Positions 57,036 through 63,969 of a stretch of 64,000 nt of DNA are shown here, one piece after another (within the stretch, counting starts at the first letter, position 1; every line of letters begins with the position of its first letter). Location of the stretch: positions 32,001 through 96,000 of the IMG/VR virus record IMGVR_UViG_3300045988_176782; one strand, written 5' to 3'. Under the pieces are notes generated by a model. The model had not been told where the DNA came from. It was given only the letters and a program-made list of their open reading frames with translations, and did not search any database. Source of the stretch: a virus. The translations under genes were made by a program, and so were the position numbers.

Positions 57036-57111
57036 CGGTCATTAACTCAGTTGGTAGAGTATCGCACTTTTAATGCGAGAGTCATGCGTTCAAGTCGCAT
57101 ATGACCGACCA
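57036..57111 (+). tRNA. tRNA-Lys(UUU), CCA encoded
   Basis: Acceptor CGGTCAT/ATGACCG, D arm ACTC-AGTTGGTA-GAGT, anticodon stem TCGCA/TGCGA with loop CUUUUAA, T arm ATGCG-TTCAAGT-CGCAT. Confidence 0.9.
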
Positions 57112-57114
57112 TTT

Positions 57115-57190
57115 CGGAATAAGGTGATGTGGTTCGTTGCAACTGGCTTATATCCAGCGATTCGGGGTTCGATTCCTCGTATTCCGACCA
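57115..57190 (+). tRNA. tRNA-Ile(UAU)-like, CCA encoded
   Basis: Acceptor CGGAATA/TATTCCG, anticodon stem (A)CTGG/CCAG(C) with loop CUUAUAU, T arm CGGGG-TTCGATT-CCTCG. The D stem is weak (G-U pairs). Confidence 0.75.
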
Positions 57191-57196
57191 ATTTTT

Positions 57197-57215
57197 CCTT
57201 ATGTTTAACATACGG
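57197..57215 (+). repeat. early-cassette palindrome copy 19
   Basis: CCTTATGTTTAACATACGG, 6 nt after the last tRNA. Followed by TTGACT-17-TGtTATACT and gene 57292. Confidence 0.9.
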
Positions 57216-57291
57216 AACAATCCTTTGACTTCCTCCCCATCTTATGTTATACTTTAGTTGTTCCAAAGAGAGCAGAAAGGAAAGAAAAGAT

Positions 57292-57732
57292 ATGAAAAAA
57301 ATTCTCGCGGTTCTCCTTACGGTAATTCTCCTATTCGGTTGCACTTCGGCTTTTGCCGCTTCTGACCCTGACTTTGAAATTCTTACTGTCAAAACCGTTT
57401 CTGATGCCCAAGAGTGCTATACTGCATTCAACGATTACGGATATAATGCAGAAATGTACCTGACCGCTTTCGGCGGCGCGCTTCTTGACATAGATGCCAT
57501 TAAATATTTTGATATTTGGCTTATCGGTTTTGAAGATTCAGGGCTTAAAAAGTATGATGTTGTATATGGTTGGTCAGAGTCTGTTAGTAAATTTGTTGTA
57601 GCCACTAACGATGTTATTATGCTTTTCCCTGATTGTTATGATAAAGATGATTATACTACATATCAACTCTTTCTCGGCGCGGTTCTGAATGAAGTAAATG
57701 TGACTTATACTGAAATGAAAACGGATGTTTGA
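57292..57732 (+). CDS. early lipoprotein (146 aa)
   Basis: MKKILAVLLTVILLFGCTS is a signal peptide with an L-F-G-C lipobox. ATG 57292 is in frame with ORF-track 57244. Confidence 0.65.
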   Translation: MKKILAVLLTVILLFGCTSAFAASDPDFEILTVKTVSDAQECYTAFNDYGYNAEMYLTAFGGALLDIDAIKYFDIWLIGFEDSGLKKYDVVYGWSESVSKFVVATNDVIMLFPDCYDKDDYTTYQLFLGAVLNEVNVTYTEMKTDV

Positions 57733-57757
57733 AACATCCGTTTTCTTTTTTTTAATT

Positions 57758-57776
57758 CTTTATGTTTAACATACGG
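57758..57776 (+). repeat. early-cassette palindrome copy 20
   Basis: CTTTATGTTTAACATACGG. Followed by TTGACT-16-TATAAT (57786-57813). A second promoter, TTGACA-18-TGtTATACT (57882-57911), follows before gene 57941. Confidence 0.9.
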
Positions 57777-57940
57777 AAAATAAATTTGACTTTCAGGAAA
57801 AATTGAGTATAATAATAATTGTTCCTGATGAGGGGCAAGGATAACCGGCAGACCGCAACCGAAAAGATTTTCAAAAAAGTCTTGACAAAGCGTCCGCAAA
57901 TGTGTTATACTCTAACCGTCCCCAAGAGGGAGAAATAAAG

Positions 57941-58492
57941 ATGCGGTTAAACCGCAAGAAAGAGGTATGTATGACTACTAACGAAATCATTTCCAAGATT
58001 CTGTCCGACTATGAAGGTTCTGCACTGGTTCGCCCCGACAAGGCCACTTTTATCGCTGTCCCCACCGAAGAAGGTACTTACATCAAGATTGCCGTTTCCA
58101 AGCTCGCTTCTAAGGACGTGGAGCGCAAGGACGGCAAGGTAATCCCTGCTTTCAACTTTGAAACCGCTGTTGAAGGTTACAAGACTTTCGTCGCAGAACA
58201 GGAAGCCAAGGCCGAAGCTCGTGCCAATGCCCCCAAGAAGGAGCGAGTATCCAAGGCTGACCCCGAAAAGGTTAAGATGCGGGCAGAGCGTCAGGCTAAG
58301 TTGGCAGCTTATTTGGAGACTATCGCAGGAATGACTTTCACTTCTACCGACATTGCCAACACTTGTACCGACATTTATCCCGATGGTAATGTGCTAAATG
58401 TAGGCGCGGATTTGGCAACGATTGCCAAGACCGATGACCGTCTTGTGATGGAAAAGATTGAAGGCAAGAAGCACTGGACTTTCAACAAGTAA
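57941..58492 (+). CDS. early protein, family with 54636 and 62059 (183 aa; alternative start 57971)
   Basis: ATG 57941 follows GAGGGAG, or ATG 57971 follows AAAGAGG. Lys/Ala/Glu-rich linker. Confidence 0.55.
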   Translation: MRLNRKKEVCMTTNEIISKILSDYEGSALVRPDKATFIAVPTEEGTYIKIAVSKLASKDVERKDGKVIPAFNFETAVEGYKTFVAEQEAKAEARANAPKKERVSKADPEKVKMRAERQAKLAAYLETIAGMTFTSTDIANTCTDIYPDGNVLNVGADLATIAKTDDRLVMEKIEGKKHWTFNK

Positions 58493-58541
58493 GATTAAAG
58501 GGAAGGACAAAAAGTCCTTCCTTTTTTTTATTAGATTTTTT

Positions 58542-58560
58542 CCTTATGTTAAACATACAG
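58542..58560 (+). repeat. early-cassette palindrome copy 21
   Basis: CCTTATGTTAAACATACAG. Followed by TTGACT-17-TATACT and gene 58637. Confidence 0.9.
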
Positions 58561-58636
58561 AAAAAATATTTGACTTTTCTTTTCTTTTCCATTATACTAA
58601 TAGTGTCCTAAAGAGGACAAGAAAGGAAGTTTTAAT

Positions 58637-59050
58637 ATGTTGCATTATTATCGGGTTCTCTCTACGACTTATAACAATGGAGTTACTGTTGGTAAAAGAT
58701 ATGGCTCTGGTATTATAGACGAAAGTGAAGTCAAAGAAGAAACTATTTCCATTACTTGGGAAAACCTTGAAGAAGTTTATTATGACTATGGCTTAAAACT
58801 CCCCTTTAATATTTGGAACTTCAAGCGCGGTCGTGTTATTAGTTTCTTTGAAGGTGGCCTCACTGACAAGAATCGCCGCGATATTAAAGAATGGAAAACT
58901 CCTGAACTTAATATGAAACTTGTTATCACTTATGAAGTTATGCCTTATTCTCTTAATGATATTCTTAACTATTGGGACAGCGAAAAAGCAATCCAATATT
59001 TGCGTGAAAGAAATTTGTCTTGCCCTATTGACATCTTGAAAAAGTCGTGA
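58637..59050 (+). CDS. hypothetical early protein (137 aa)
   Basis: RBS GAAAGGAAG. Its 3' end carries TTGACA...TGaTATAAT for the next gene. Confidence 0.6.
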   Translation: MLHYYRVLSTTYNNGVTVGKRYGSGIIDESEVKEETISITWENLEEVYYDYGLKLPFNIWNFKRGRVISFFEGGLTDKNRRDIKEWKTPELNMKLVITYEVMPYSLNDILNYWDSEKAIQYLRERNLSCPIDILKKS

Positions 59051-59088
59051 TATAATCAAGGAGAACTTGAAAGAAAGGAAGTTTTGAT

Positions 59089-59556
59089 ATGAATGCAAAT
59101 TTTACCCTAATCTTTGATATGGATGGAACAATCGTATCTTTGTATGATGTTCCCGACTGGCTTAAAAAAATTCGCAATGAAGATACTTCCCCTTACCTTG
59201 ACGCCGCCCCAATGTGGGATATGGCAGAACTTTCCACCATTTTGAACAAATTGTTGGAAATTGGTGTAGAAATTAAAATTGTAAGTTGGTGCGCAAAACA
59301 CGCAACGAAGACTTATGATGATGAAGTCCGCAAGGCAAAACGTGAATGGTTGAAGAAGTTTGACTTTCCTTGTTCTTCCTGTCGCATTACACCTTATGGT
59401 TATCCCAAAGAATACTTGAGAAACAAGAACCGTATCAATATTCTAATTGACGATAACAAAGAAGTTAGGGAAAATTTCCAGCGGTTTGATGGTTGCGAAA
59501 CGATAGACCCAACAAAGATTGACATTGTAGAGTGGTTGAAGGGTTTGATGGAGTAA
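59089..59556 (+). CDS. HAD-superfamily phosphatase, 5'(3')-deoxyribonucleotidase-like (155 aa)
   Basis: LIFDMDGTIV is HAD motif I (DxDGT). ILIDDN is motif IV. The size fits the small NT5C-like phage enzymes. Confidence 0.6.
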   Translation: MNANFTLIFDMDGTIVSLYDVPDWLKKIRNEDTSPYLDAAPMWDMAELSTILNKLLEIGVEIKIVSWCAKHATKTYDDEVRKAKREWLKKFDFPCSSCRITPYGYPKEYLRNKNRINILIDDNKEVRENFQRFDGCETIDPTKIDIVEWLKGLME

Positions 59557-59573
59557 TCCATCAAACCATTTTT

Positions 59574-59592
59574 CTTTATGTTAAACATACAG
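59574..59592 (+). repeat. early-cassette palindrome copy 22
   Basis: CTTTATGTTAAACATACAG. Followed by TTTACT-16-TGcTATACT and gene 59671. Confidence 0.9.
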
Positions 59593-59670
59593 AAAACACA
59601 CTTTACTTTTTCCTAATTTATGCTATACTATACTTGTTCCTAAGGGGAACAGAAAGAGAGGAAGAAAGAC

Positions 59671-60075
59671 ATGGAAAACACCACTTATCTGATTCGGTTC
59701 CTTATCTTGAATGACGAGAACGAGGTTCTCAAGAACTTCATTCTGACTGAACGTAAATACAATACCCGCGAAGAAGCCGCCGAAGCCGCACAGACAGTGT
59801 GCTGTGTGCTAATGAACCATTGCGGATGGAATGTATTCTATCGTATTGTTAATCCCGTTGCTATTTGTACAAGTGGCTTTCACGAGATGACCGCAGACGG
59901 TAGCATCGTTAGTGATGATGAATTACACGAAGAAGAAGAAAACGAGGATGAGGACGAAGAAGAATACGAAGGTGAAGAAGAAAATGATTCCTACAACGAG
60001 CTTACGGACGAAGAAATAAGAGCCATTCTCCGGTATGCACCCAACTTTATTAGAAAGAAATATGAGGACGAGTAA
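59671..60075 (+). CDS. early protein with strongly acidic tract (134 aa)
   Basis: HEEEENEDEDEEEYEGEEEND tract. Standard cassette RBS. Confidence 0.6.
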   Translation: MENTTYLIRFLILNDENEVLKNFILTERKYNTREEAAEAAQTVCCVLMNHCGWNVFYRIVNPVAICTSGFHEMTADGSIVSDDELHEEEENEDEDEEEYEGEEENDSYNELTDEEIRAILRYAPNFIRKKYEDE

Positions 60076-60093
60076 TCGTCCTTTTCTTGTTTT

Positions 60094-60112
60094 CTTTATG
60101 TTAAACATACAG
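60094..60112 (+). repeat. early-cassette palindrome copy 23
   Basis: CTTTATGTTAAACATACAG. Followed by TTGACT-16-TGaTATAAT and gene 60190. Confidence 0.9.
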
Positions 60113-60189
60113 AAAATTCCATTGACTTCCTCCCTAAATATGATATAATAAATTTGTCCTTGAGGGGCAGAAGAAAGAAAGGAAGTTAA

Positions 60190-60792
60190 ATGCATGATTT
60201 TCAAGACTTACGAACCACCACTCTGACCGACCGCGCTTCTATTGGTGTTGCTACTGTAAAGTTTAATGCTGTTTGCCGTGCCTGCGGAAAGAACAAGCCA
60301 AACAAGAATGATTATATTGATTACTGTTTTAATAAATTGGGAGCAATGGAAAAATGCAAACTCAAACATGACTGGCTTCGTGATGAAGATGACCTTGACC
60401 GCGCCGCTTGGGAAGCACAGTGCCAACAGGAATGGTATAACATTCTTGATACCATTCGTTCCAATGATTCTTCCCCTATCTTCGCAGTTTATATCGCTAT
60501 TCTTCCTTCTGGCGTGAAGTGCGGCGAAACTAAGAACTTGCGTCAGCGCTATTCTTCCTTGAAAGCAAGCAACGACATTCTCCACATGTACTACTTGCCT
60601 GTAGAAAACAAGGAACAAAGCACCGCCGCAGAAGATGCCCTTCACTATATTTTTGACCACGCTAAAGGTATGCGGCGAGAGAAGAACAAAAAAGACTACT
60701 ATTCTTGCGAAGAAGATTATGCCCGCAAATTTATTGAGCGAAATAAGCGAGAAATTTATGATGCGATTATGGCAGAAATTGAGGGAGACTGA
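60190..60792 (+). CDS. T5orf172/GIY-YIG-like domain protein (200 aa)
   Basis: FAVYIAILPSGVKCGETKNLRQRYSSL fits the T5orf172-type GIY-YIG core. Confidence 0.55.
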   Translation: MHDFQDLRTTTLTDRASIGVATVKFNAVCRACGKNKPNKNDYIDYCFNKLGAMEKCKLKHDWLRDEDDLDRAAWEAQCQQEWYNILDTIRSNDSSPIFAVYIAILPSGVKCGETKNLRQRYSSLKASNDILHMYYLPVENKEQSTAAEDALHYIFDHAKGMRREKNKKDYYSCEEDYARKFIERNKREIYDAIMAEIEGD

Positions 60793-60810
60793 TTCTCCCT
60801 TTTATTTTTT

Positions 60811-60829
60811 CCTTATGTTTAACATAAAG
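60811..60829 (+). repeat. early-cassette palindrome copy 24
   Basis: CCTTATGTTTAACATAAAG. Followed by TTGACT-17-TGtTATACT and gene 60906. Confidence 0.9.
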
Positions 60830-60905
60830 AAAATCTCTCTTGACTTTTCGTGTCTTTCCTGTTATACTATCAGTGTTCTAAAGAGAACAGAAAGGCGGTA
60901 ACTAC

Positions 60906-61907
60906 ATGGCCAAACAGAAATTACTCTTAACCTTTGATACAGAGACTTGCACTATCTCTGTACCTGATTCTTGGAATCTGACTGCCAACGAGAAGAAAAA
61001 AATCTGTATTACCCGTCCGCTTATTTATGATATTGGCTGGACAATTTCTTCTCGTTCTGCTGGTATTATTGAAAAGAAAAACTATCTCATTGCCGAAACA
61101 TTCTCCGTTCCCTCCGTTTTCAATACTGCTTACTATAAAGAAAAACGCCCCATTTATCTTGATATGATTAACAACGGTGAGTTGACTGTTCGTTGTTGGC
61201 GCGAAGTAATGGAAATTTTTCTCGCAGACTGCGAACAGGCAGATTTAATCTGCGCTTTCAATGAACAATTTGACCTCCGTGCAATTAACTTTACCGAGCT
61301 TTATATCAACAAACTTTATAGTCCTAACTATCAAAGTTGGTATGAAAATCAGGTTGCGCTCTGTTGGAAAATCGCCCATCAACCCTACAAAAAGAAAAAT
61401 GACAAAGACTTTGACCCCTTGTATTTTACCTTCCGAAACAAACAGTATAAGGTGATGGATATTTGGGGCTTAGCTTGCGAAAACATTATCAATACCCCTA
61501 CATATAAACGAGCTTGTCTTGAACATTCTCTTATTTCTCCGTCTGGAATGTATTTTAGCACTAATACCGAAAATGTTAGACGCTTCATCTATAAAGAATA
61601 CGGCTTTATTGAAGAACATACAGCACTTTCTGACGCAGAAATTGAAACAGAAATCCTTCTTAAAGCCCTCAAGCGTGGCAAGAAGGTTGAAGGAATTGAG
61701 TTTTTTCCCTTCCGAAAACTTGGTTATGTTTCTGATTTTATTGTAGAAGATAGCCGCATTACTCCCGCTATGGCACAAAATGCACTTGATATTCTGAATG
61801 CCTATATTGACCAGCATAGCGAACAACAAACACCGTATTTGTCGCAAGTTATCAACCATACGGCGCGGATAGAAAAAAGACGTGATTCTCTTTTGTGGGA
61901 CGAATAA
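60906..61907 (+). CDS. DEDDh 3'-5' exonuclease (DnaQ-like fold), 333 aa
   Basis: Exo I LTFDTET, Exo II AFNEQFDL, Exo III HTALSDAEIE (H-x4-D). Confidence 0.6.
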   Translation: MAKQKLLLTFDTETCTISVPDSWNLTANEKKKICITRPLIYDIGWTISSRSAGIIEKKNYLIAETFSVPSVFNTAYYKEKRPIYLDMINNGELTVRCWREVMEIFLADCEQADLICAFNEQFDLRAINFTELYINKLYSPNYQSWYENQVALCWKIAHQPYKKKNDKDFDPLYFTFRNKQYKVMDIWGLACENIINTPTYKRACLEHSLISPSGMYFSTNTENVRRFIYKEYGFIEEHTALSDAEIETEILLKALKRGKKVEGIEFFPFRKLGYVSDFIVEDSRITPAMAQNALDILNAYIDQHSEQQTPYLSQVINHTARIEKRRDSLLWDE

Positions 61908-61934
61908 TGTCCCACCTTTTTATAAAAATTTCTT

Positions 61935-61953
61935 CCTTATGTTAAACATACAG
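61935..61953 (+). repeat. early-cassette palindrome copy 25
   Basis: CCTTATGTTAAACATACAG. Followed by TTGACA-17-TGtTATACT and gene 62059. Confidence 0.9.
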
Positions 61954-62058
61954 AAAAAGATTATTGACAAAAAATAAAAATCTTGTTATACTATATATGT
62001 TCCTTGAGAGAGGAAAAAAGAGGAAGGACACCTCACAAACCAGAGAGGAAGAAAACAT

Positions 62059-62595
62059 ATGAAAAAGGATTTTAAGGCGGAAGTTCTGGCACTGGCTGAA
62101 TCTATGGTGGGCATTCCCGAAGGTGCTTTCAAGGTTCTCCACTCCAAGCAGGAATGTTATTGCTTTGACACTGGCAAGAAGGATGAAGAAGGCCGTCCCG
62201 TTCCGGCTCTGTTGTATGTGAAGATTCCCGACATTGAAGGAACGAAAACTCGTGATGGTTTTGACGTGGAACTTGCGAAAGCCGCCTACGAAGAAAAGAT
62301 GACTGCCGCCGCAAACAAGCCCGCGAAGAAGTCCGCGCCCAAGGGCGGTGACCCGGCTGTGGCTGAAAAGCGTGAAGAACGCATGAAGGTTCTGCGCCGT
62401 TGGTGGGAGAATGAAGCCGAATATGGTCACGATTACACCAGCACCGAAGTATTCAACGCTCTGCCTGATATTTACGGCATTGACGTTAATACGCAGGGCG
62501 CAATGCTGACAGGCCGAGACCTTGCCCAGCTTGCGAAGGAAGGGCTTGCCGAAATGAATATGATTGAAAAGAAGAAGTGCTATTCCAAGCGTTAA
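62059..62595 (+). CDS. early protein, family with 54636 and 57941 (178 aa)
   Basis: Same layout: N-terminal domain, Lys/Ala/Glu linker, C-terminal domain (...TSTEVFNALPDIYG... compared with ...TSTDIANTCTDIYP...). Confidence 0.6.
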   Translation: MKKDFKAEVLALAESMVGIPEGAFKVLHSKQECYCFDTGKKDEEGRPVPALLYVKIPDIEGTKTRDGFDVELAKAAYEEKMTAAANKPAKKSAPKGGDPAVAEKREERMKVLRRWWENEAEYGHDYTSTEVFNALPDIYGIDVNTQGAMLTGRDLAQLAKEGLAEMNMIEKKKCYSKR

Positions 62596-62639
62596 GGTAA
62601 GAGGGGACGAAAGTCCCCTTTTATTTTAAGAGTAGGTTT

Positions 62640-62658
62640 CCTTATGTTAAACATACAG
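62640..62658 (+). repeat. early-cassette palindrome copy 26
   Basis: CCTTATGTTAAACATACAG. Followed by TTTACA-17-TGgTATTAT and the 62732 operon. Confidence 0.9.
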
Positions 62659-62731
62659 AAACAGACCTTTACATTTCTGCGGCGATATGGTATTATATCA
62701 ATGTTCCAAGGAACAGAAAGGAAGGTAGAAT

Positions 62732-62983
62732 ATGAAGATTAAACACGCAGACACATTAGGCATTCATTGCTTTAAGAATCTTAAAGCAGGAGATACTTTT
62801 TACTATAACGACAAACTTTATATAAAAGTGCATTCTCTCTCTGTTACTTTTGCCTATAAGAAAGTCATTATCGCGAATGCTCTAAGTTTAGAGGTTTTCG
62901 CTTTAGCTTATATTAAAGATGATGAAAAAGTCGCTTGTGTTGAAAGTGAGCTTACTGTTAGTAATTATAGGAGGATGAACTAA
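62732..62983 (+). CDS. small early protein, paralogue 1 of 4 (83 aa)
   Basis: ...LKAGDTFYYNDKLYIKV... motif, shared by the next three genes. Confidence 0.6.
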   Translation: MKIKHADTLGIHCFKNLKAGDTFYYNDKLYIKVHSLSVTFAYKKVIIANALSLEVFALAYIKDDEKVACVESELTVSNYRRMN

Positions 62984-62984
62984 G

Positions 62985-63218
62985 ATGGAAATCATTTACG
63001 CCTATCAAACTCAATCATTTTCTAAAATTATCGCGGGAGATATTTTCAAGCACGAAGATGAATACTATATGAAGCTCGCGCAAAAATCGGAACCTGTTAT
63101 TGTTTTTAATAACAACTTTGTCCCTAATGCCGTTGGAATGAGAGACGGCGAACTAATTTATTTTCCTGCTGATACAAAAGTGATGTTTGTTCCTGCAAAA
63201 CTTCAAGTAGAAAGGTGA
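62985..63218 (+). CDS. small early protein, paralogue 2 of 4 (77 aa)
   Basis: ...IIAGDIFKHEDEYYMKLA... Confidence 0.6.
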   Translation: MEIIYAYQTQSFSKIIAGDIFKHEDEYYMKLAQKSEPVIVFNNNFVPNAVGMRDGELIYFPADTKVMFVPAKLQVER

Positions 63219-63223
63219 AATGT

Positions 63224-63466
63224 ATGCAAATTACTACTGTTGATAAAGAAAAAGAAATTTCTCTCCATTGTATTGACTATGGTGCAGTATTCAAATATTA
63301 TAATGAATATTACATAAAACTGAAATATGCAGATACCAGTAATTTACCCCGATACGAAAGCGGAGCTTACCCCACTGTTGTTTGTTTAGAAGATGGAAGT
63401 TTAACTTGTTTTGCAGAAACGACTTTAGTGGAAGTCGTAGATGCAGAGTTAAGAGTAAAGGAGTGA
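63224..63466 (+). CDS. small early protein, paralogue 3 of 4 (80 aa)
   Basis: ATG 63224 follows AAAGGTGA (ORF-track GTG 63215 is in frame). ...DYGAVFKYYNEYYIKLK... Confidence 0.55.
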   Translation: MQITTVDKEKEISLHCIDYGAVFKYYNEYYIKLKYADTSNLPRYESGAYPTVVCLEDGSLTCFAETTLVEVVDAELRVKE

Positions 63467-63471
63467 AAGAT

Positions 63472-63708
63472 ATGAAGGTTCTTTCCGAAGATTTTTGTAA
63501 GAGGACTTTTCAGGAACTTCCTGAAGGTGAAATTTTTCGCTATGGCAACAACTTTTTTATTAAACTTGTCCAATTAGAAAAAGTCATTATGCACGATGAA
63601 GAAGGTTATCCTATCAATGCCGTTAATATTGGAAATGGCGTTCCTGCTTATTTCCAAGAAGGTGTTATTATTACTTACTTTGACGACGAAGTTATGGCAA
63701 TGAGGTGA
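63472..63708 (+). CDS. small early protein, paralogue 4 of 4 (78 aa)
   Basis: ATG 63472 follows AAAGGAG, in frame with ORF-track 63382. ...PEGEIFRYGNNFFIKLV... Confidence 0.6.
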   Translation: MKVLSEDFCKRTFQELPEGEIFRYGNNFFIKLVQLEKVIMHDEEGYPINAVNIGNGVPAYFQEGVIITYFDDEVMAMR

Positions 63709-63911
63709 AGTACATGCACATTTTAGTTTGTATCTTTCTTGCCTTTTACTTTACTGAATGTATTTCTTCCGCTTTTGAAATTGCAGGAGAAGATTGTCCA
63801 ACACTTTCACTTACGGATACTTTGCTGTTTCTATTGTGTTGTATTGTACCGATGAAGTGCATAGCCAAGGCATACAAGAAACTTGATAATTGGGTAAGAG
63901 GACTTGAGTAA
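63705..63911 (+). CDS. small membrane protein (68 aa)
   Basis: Two hydrophobic helices. GTGA/ATG-type overlap with the upstream gene. Stop in the loop of GGACTTG/CAAGTCC. Confidence 0.55.
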   Translation: MKYMHILVCIFLAFYFTECISSAFEIAGEDCPTLSLTDTLLFLLCCIVPMKCIAKAYKKLDNWVRGLE

Positions 63912-63919
63912 GCAAGTCC

Positions 63920-63938
63920 TTTTTGTTTTCCTTATGTT
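63920..63938 (+). repeat. early-cassette palindrome copy 27 (no promoter follows)
   Basis: CCTTATGTTTAACATAAAG. Followed by the convergent terminator instead of a -35. Confidence 0.9.
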
Positions 63939-63969
63939 TAACATAAAGAAGAAAAAGGAGGAAGATTTA
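63936..63969 (-). terminator. rho-independent terminator of a - strand gene entering from the right
   Basis: GGAGGAAGA / TCTTCCTCC stem (63947-55 / 63961-69), followed on the - strand by TTTTTCTTCTTT. Confidence 0.7.

Noticed and set aside
57820-57870. A hammerhead-ribozyme-like core (CUGAUGAG ... GAAA) occurs in the leader after cassette 20.
   Set aside because: I could not form helices I-III around the core. The CUGAUGAG is the loop region of a degenerate copy of the standard 5' hairpin.
47018-63573. Many ORF-track peptides begin MFNIKK... or contain ...PYVKHKEK..., and long N-terminal extensions read MLY(Y/H)CSK...
   Set aside because: These are translations of the repeated palindrome, promoter or 5' hairpin in either orientation. 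The real genes start at the ATG after the GAAAGGnGG RBS.
47114-63938. The regularly recurring 19-nt repeat could be a CRISPR array.
   Set aside because: The spacers are 300-1,100 bp and each contains a promoter, an RBS and a gene. The repeat is imperfect, and there are no cas genes.
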